NCBI RefSeq assembly: GCF_009914755.1
Contig: NC_060926.1
Direction: 5' to 3' (one strand)
From: the human T2T-CHM13v2.0 reference genome, Homo sapiens
DNA: 64,000 nt
Shown: piece after piece, positions 62,533 through 64,000 of the stretch
Layout of the letters: the number at the start of each line of letters is the position of its first letter
Position numbering within the stretch: position 1 is the first letter of the stretch
The notes under the pieces: generated by a model
Databases searched by the model: none
What the model was told of the DNA's origin: nothing
Seen by the model: the letters and a program-made list of their open reading frames with translations, nothing else
Made by a program: the position numbers and the translations under genes

Positions 62533-62925
62533 TGATATGGTTTAGACCTGTGTCCCCGTCCAAATCTCACGTCGAATTGTAATGCCCGGTGTTGGAGGTG
62601 GGGCCTGGTGGGAGGTGATCAGATCATGGGGGTGGAGTTCCCCTGACTTAGCACCGTCCTCTCAGTACTGTTTAGTGGGTGAGTTCTCACGGGTTGTGGT
62701 CGTTTAAGAGTGCAGCACCTCCCCGCTGTCTCTCTTGCTCCTGCTTCAGCCACGTGCGACATGCCTGCTTCCCTTTCACCTTCTGCCATGACTGTAAGTT
62801 TGCTGAGGCCCCCCAGCCATGCTTCCTGTACAGCCTGCAGAACTATGAGCCAATTAAACCTCTTTTCCTTATGAATTACCTAGTCTCAGGTATTTCTTTA
62901 CAGCAGCAAAGAACAGACTAATAGA
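62533..62925 (+). mobile_element. MSTA-type MaLR solo LTR
   Basis: 'tgatatggtttagacctgtgtcccc...caaatctcacgtcgaattgtaat...gttggaggtggggcctggtgggaggtgat...gagccaattaaacctcttttc...gtctcaggtatttcttta...gactaata'. Confidence 0.9.
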
Positions 62926-62934
62926 GCCGCAGTA

Positions 62935-63520
62935 GCGTTGATTGTCTGTGCATGCTTCTGTGAGTTCTAACGCACACAGAGATTTGTGTAACCACCACCA
63001 CATTCCATCCGCACAACGCCCCCCTGCTGCTCCGTGTAGCCACACCCTCCTGCACCGAAACCCCCGGGCTGCTGACCTATTTACCGTTCCTCCAGTGGTG
63101 TCTCTTCAAGAATGGAGCAGAATCAGAGCCCCACAGTGCAGAGCTACCTTCACTCAGCGTGACACCTTGAGACCCACCCCAGGTTGTCGCCTGTATCAAG
63201 TTAGTTTGTTTTTATTTCTGGGAAGCGGTCCATGACACGAATGTGCCGTCATTTATTCCACTGTTAGAGGGCATTTGGGCTTTTCCAGTGTTTGGTGATT
63301 ATGACTAGAGTTGCTATAAACATCCACGTTCAGGTTTTTATTTATCTAGAGAAAATGCCCAGGGGCCCAGACTGCTGAGTCATGTAGTGGTATGTGGCTG
63401 ACGTTTTAGGGCACAGCCAAGCCACTCTCCAGGAGGCTATCCCCCTTTTGCACTCCCCCCAGCAGCGTCCTCACCTGCACGTGTGCTGTTTTACCAACCG
63501 TTCCAATAGGTGTGTTTGGC
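62935..63520 (-). mobile_element. Old L1 3' end fragment
   Basis: 'gatttgtgtaaccaccacc' and 'gggcatttgggcttttccagtgtttggtgattatgactagagttgctataaacatcc'. Confidence 0.65.
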
Positions 63521-63686
63521 TGTGCTGGTAGGGCTGTCACCCAGTTTTTAAAGGACAACACTGTCTTTCCACACCTAGTGGAAGCTAATTTCTAGTTAAC
63601 TCTTTATAAGCAAGAAATTAGCTTCCATTAGGGGTGGAAAGACAGCACTGTCCTTTAAAAACTGGGTGACAGCTGAAGCGTTAGCT

Positions 63687-64000
63687 GACCGGGTGCAGTG
63701 GCTCATGCCCGTAATCTCAGCACTTTGGGAGGCTGAGGCAGTGGCTCATGCCCGTAATCCCAGCACTTTGGGAGGCTGAGGCAAGCCGATCACCTGAGGT
63801 CAGGAGTTTGAAACCAGCCTGGCCAACATGGTGAAACCCCATCTCTACTAAAAATACAAAAATTAGCCGGGCGTGGTGGTGCATGCCTGTAGTCCCAGCT
63901 ACTCGGGGAGCTGAGGCCAGAGAATCACCTGAATATGGGAGGTAGAGGTTGCAGTGAGCAGAGATCGCATCACTGAACTCCAGACTGGGTGACAGAGTGA
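63687..64000 (+). mobile_element. AluS (Sx/Sz-like) with internal 43-bp duplication, cut by window end
   Basis: 'gatcacctgaggtcaggagtttgaaaccagcctggccaacatggtgaaacccc'; 63695-63737 is repeated at 63738-63780. Confidence 0.93.

Noticed and set aside
63017-63029. CTCF-like cgccccctgctgc
   Set aside because: It is an imperfect match inside a decayed L1 fragment, and such matches are common in GC-rich DNA.

Overview
This window is primate (human-like) non-coding genomic DNA. It carries AluY/AluS/FLAM SINEs, old L1, L2 and MIR relics, MER1A, Tigger4, Charlie and MER81-type DNA transposon fossils, and THE1, MSTA, MLT1, MLT2 and MER4A solo LTRs. The first ~15 kb is AT-rich and packed with nested transposons. 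The rest is GC-rich and dense in tandem repeats (about 14 arrays, roughly 10 kb in total), as is typical of distal chromosome arms. I cannot support any protein-coding gene, tRNA, rRNA or CRISPR array; the longest ORFs in the track are translations of tandem repeats. The most noteworthy structures are: a 2 kb (CCCTG)n array with a 815-bp higher-order duplication; a 1.6 kb 16-bp array carrying CAGGTG in most units; a 1.3 kb GGGCT/GGGGCC array next to a CRE + E-box element; VNTRs grown out of a MIR and out of an L2 tail; an 18-bp VNTR that multiplies RBPJ sites; two dispersed 110-124 bp duplications of apparently unique sequence; a twin-primed inverted L1 inside a DNA transposon; and one well-formed candidate 126-nt exon. 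Repeat family names come from recalled consensus sequences and need RepeatMasker/Dfam confirmation. I cannot identify the locus, and I found no convincing novel gene system.
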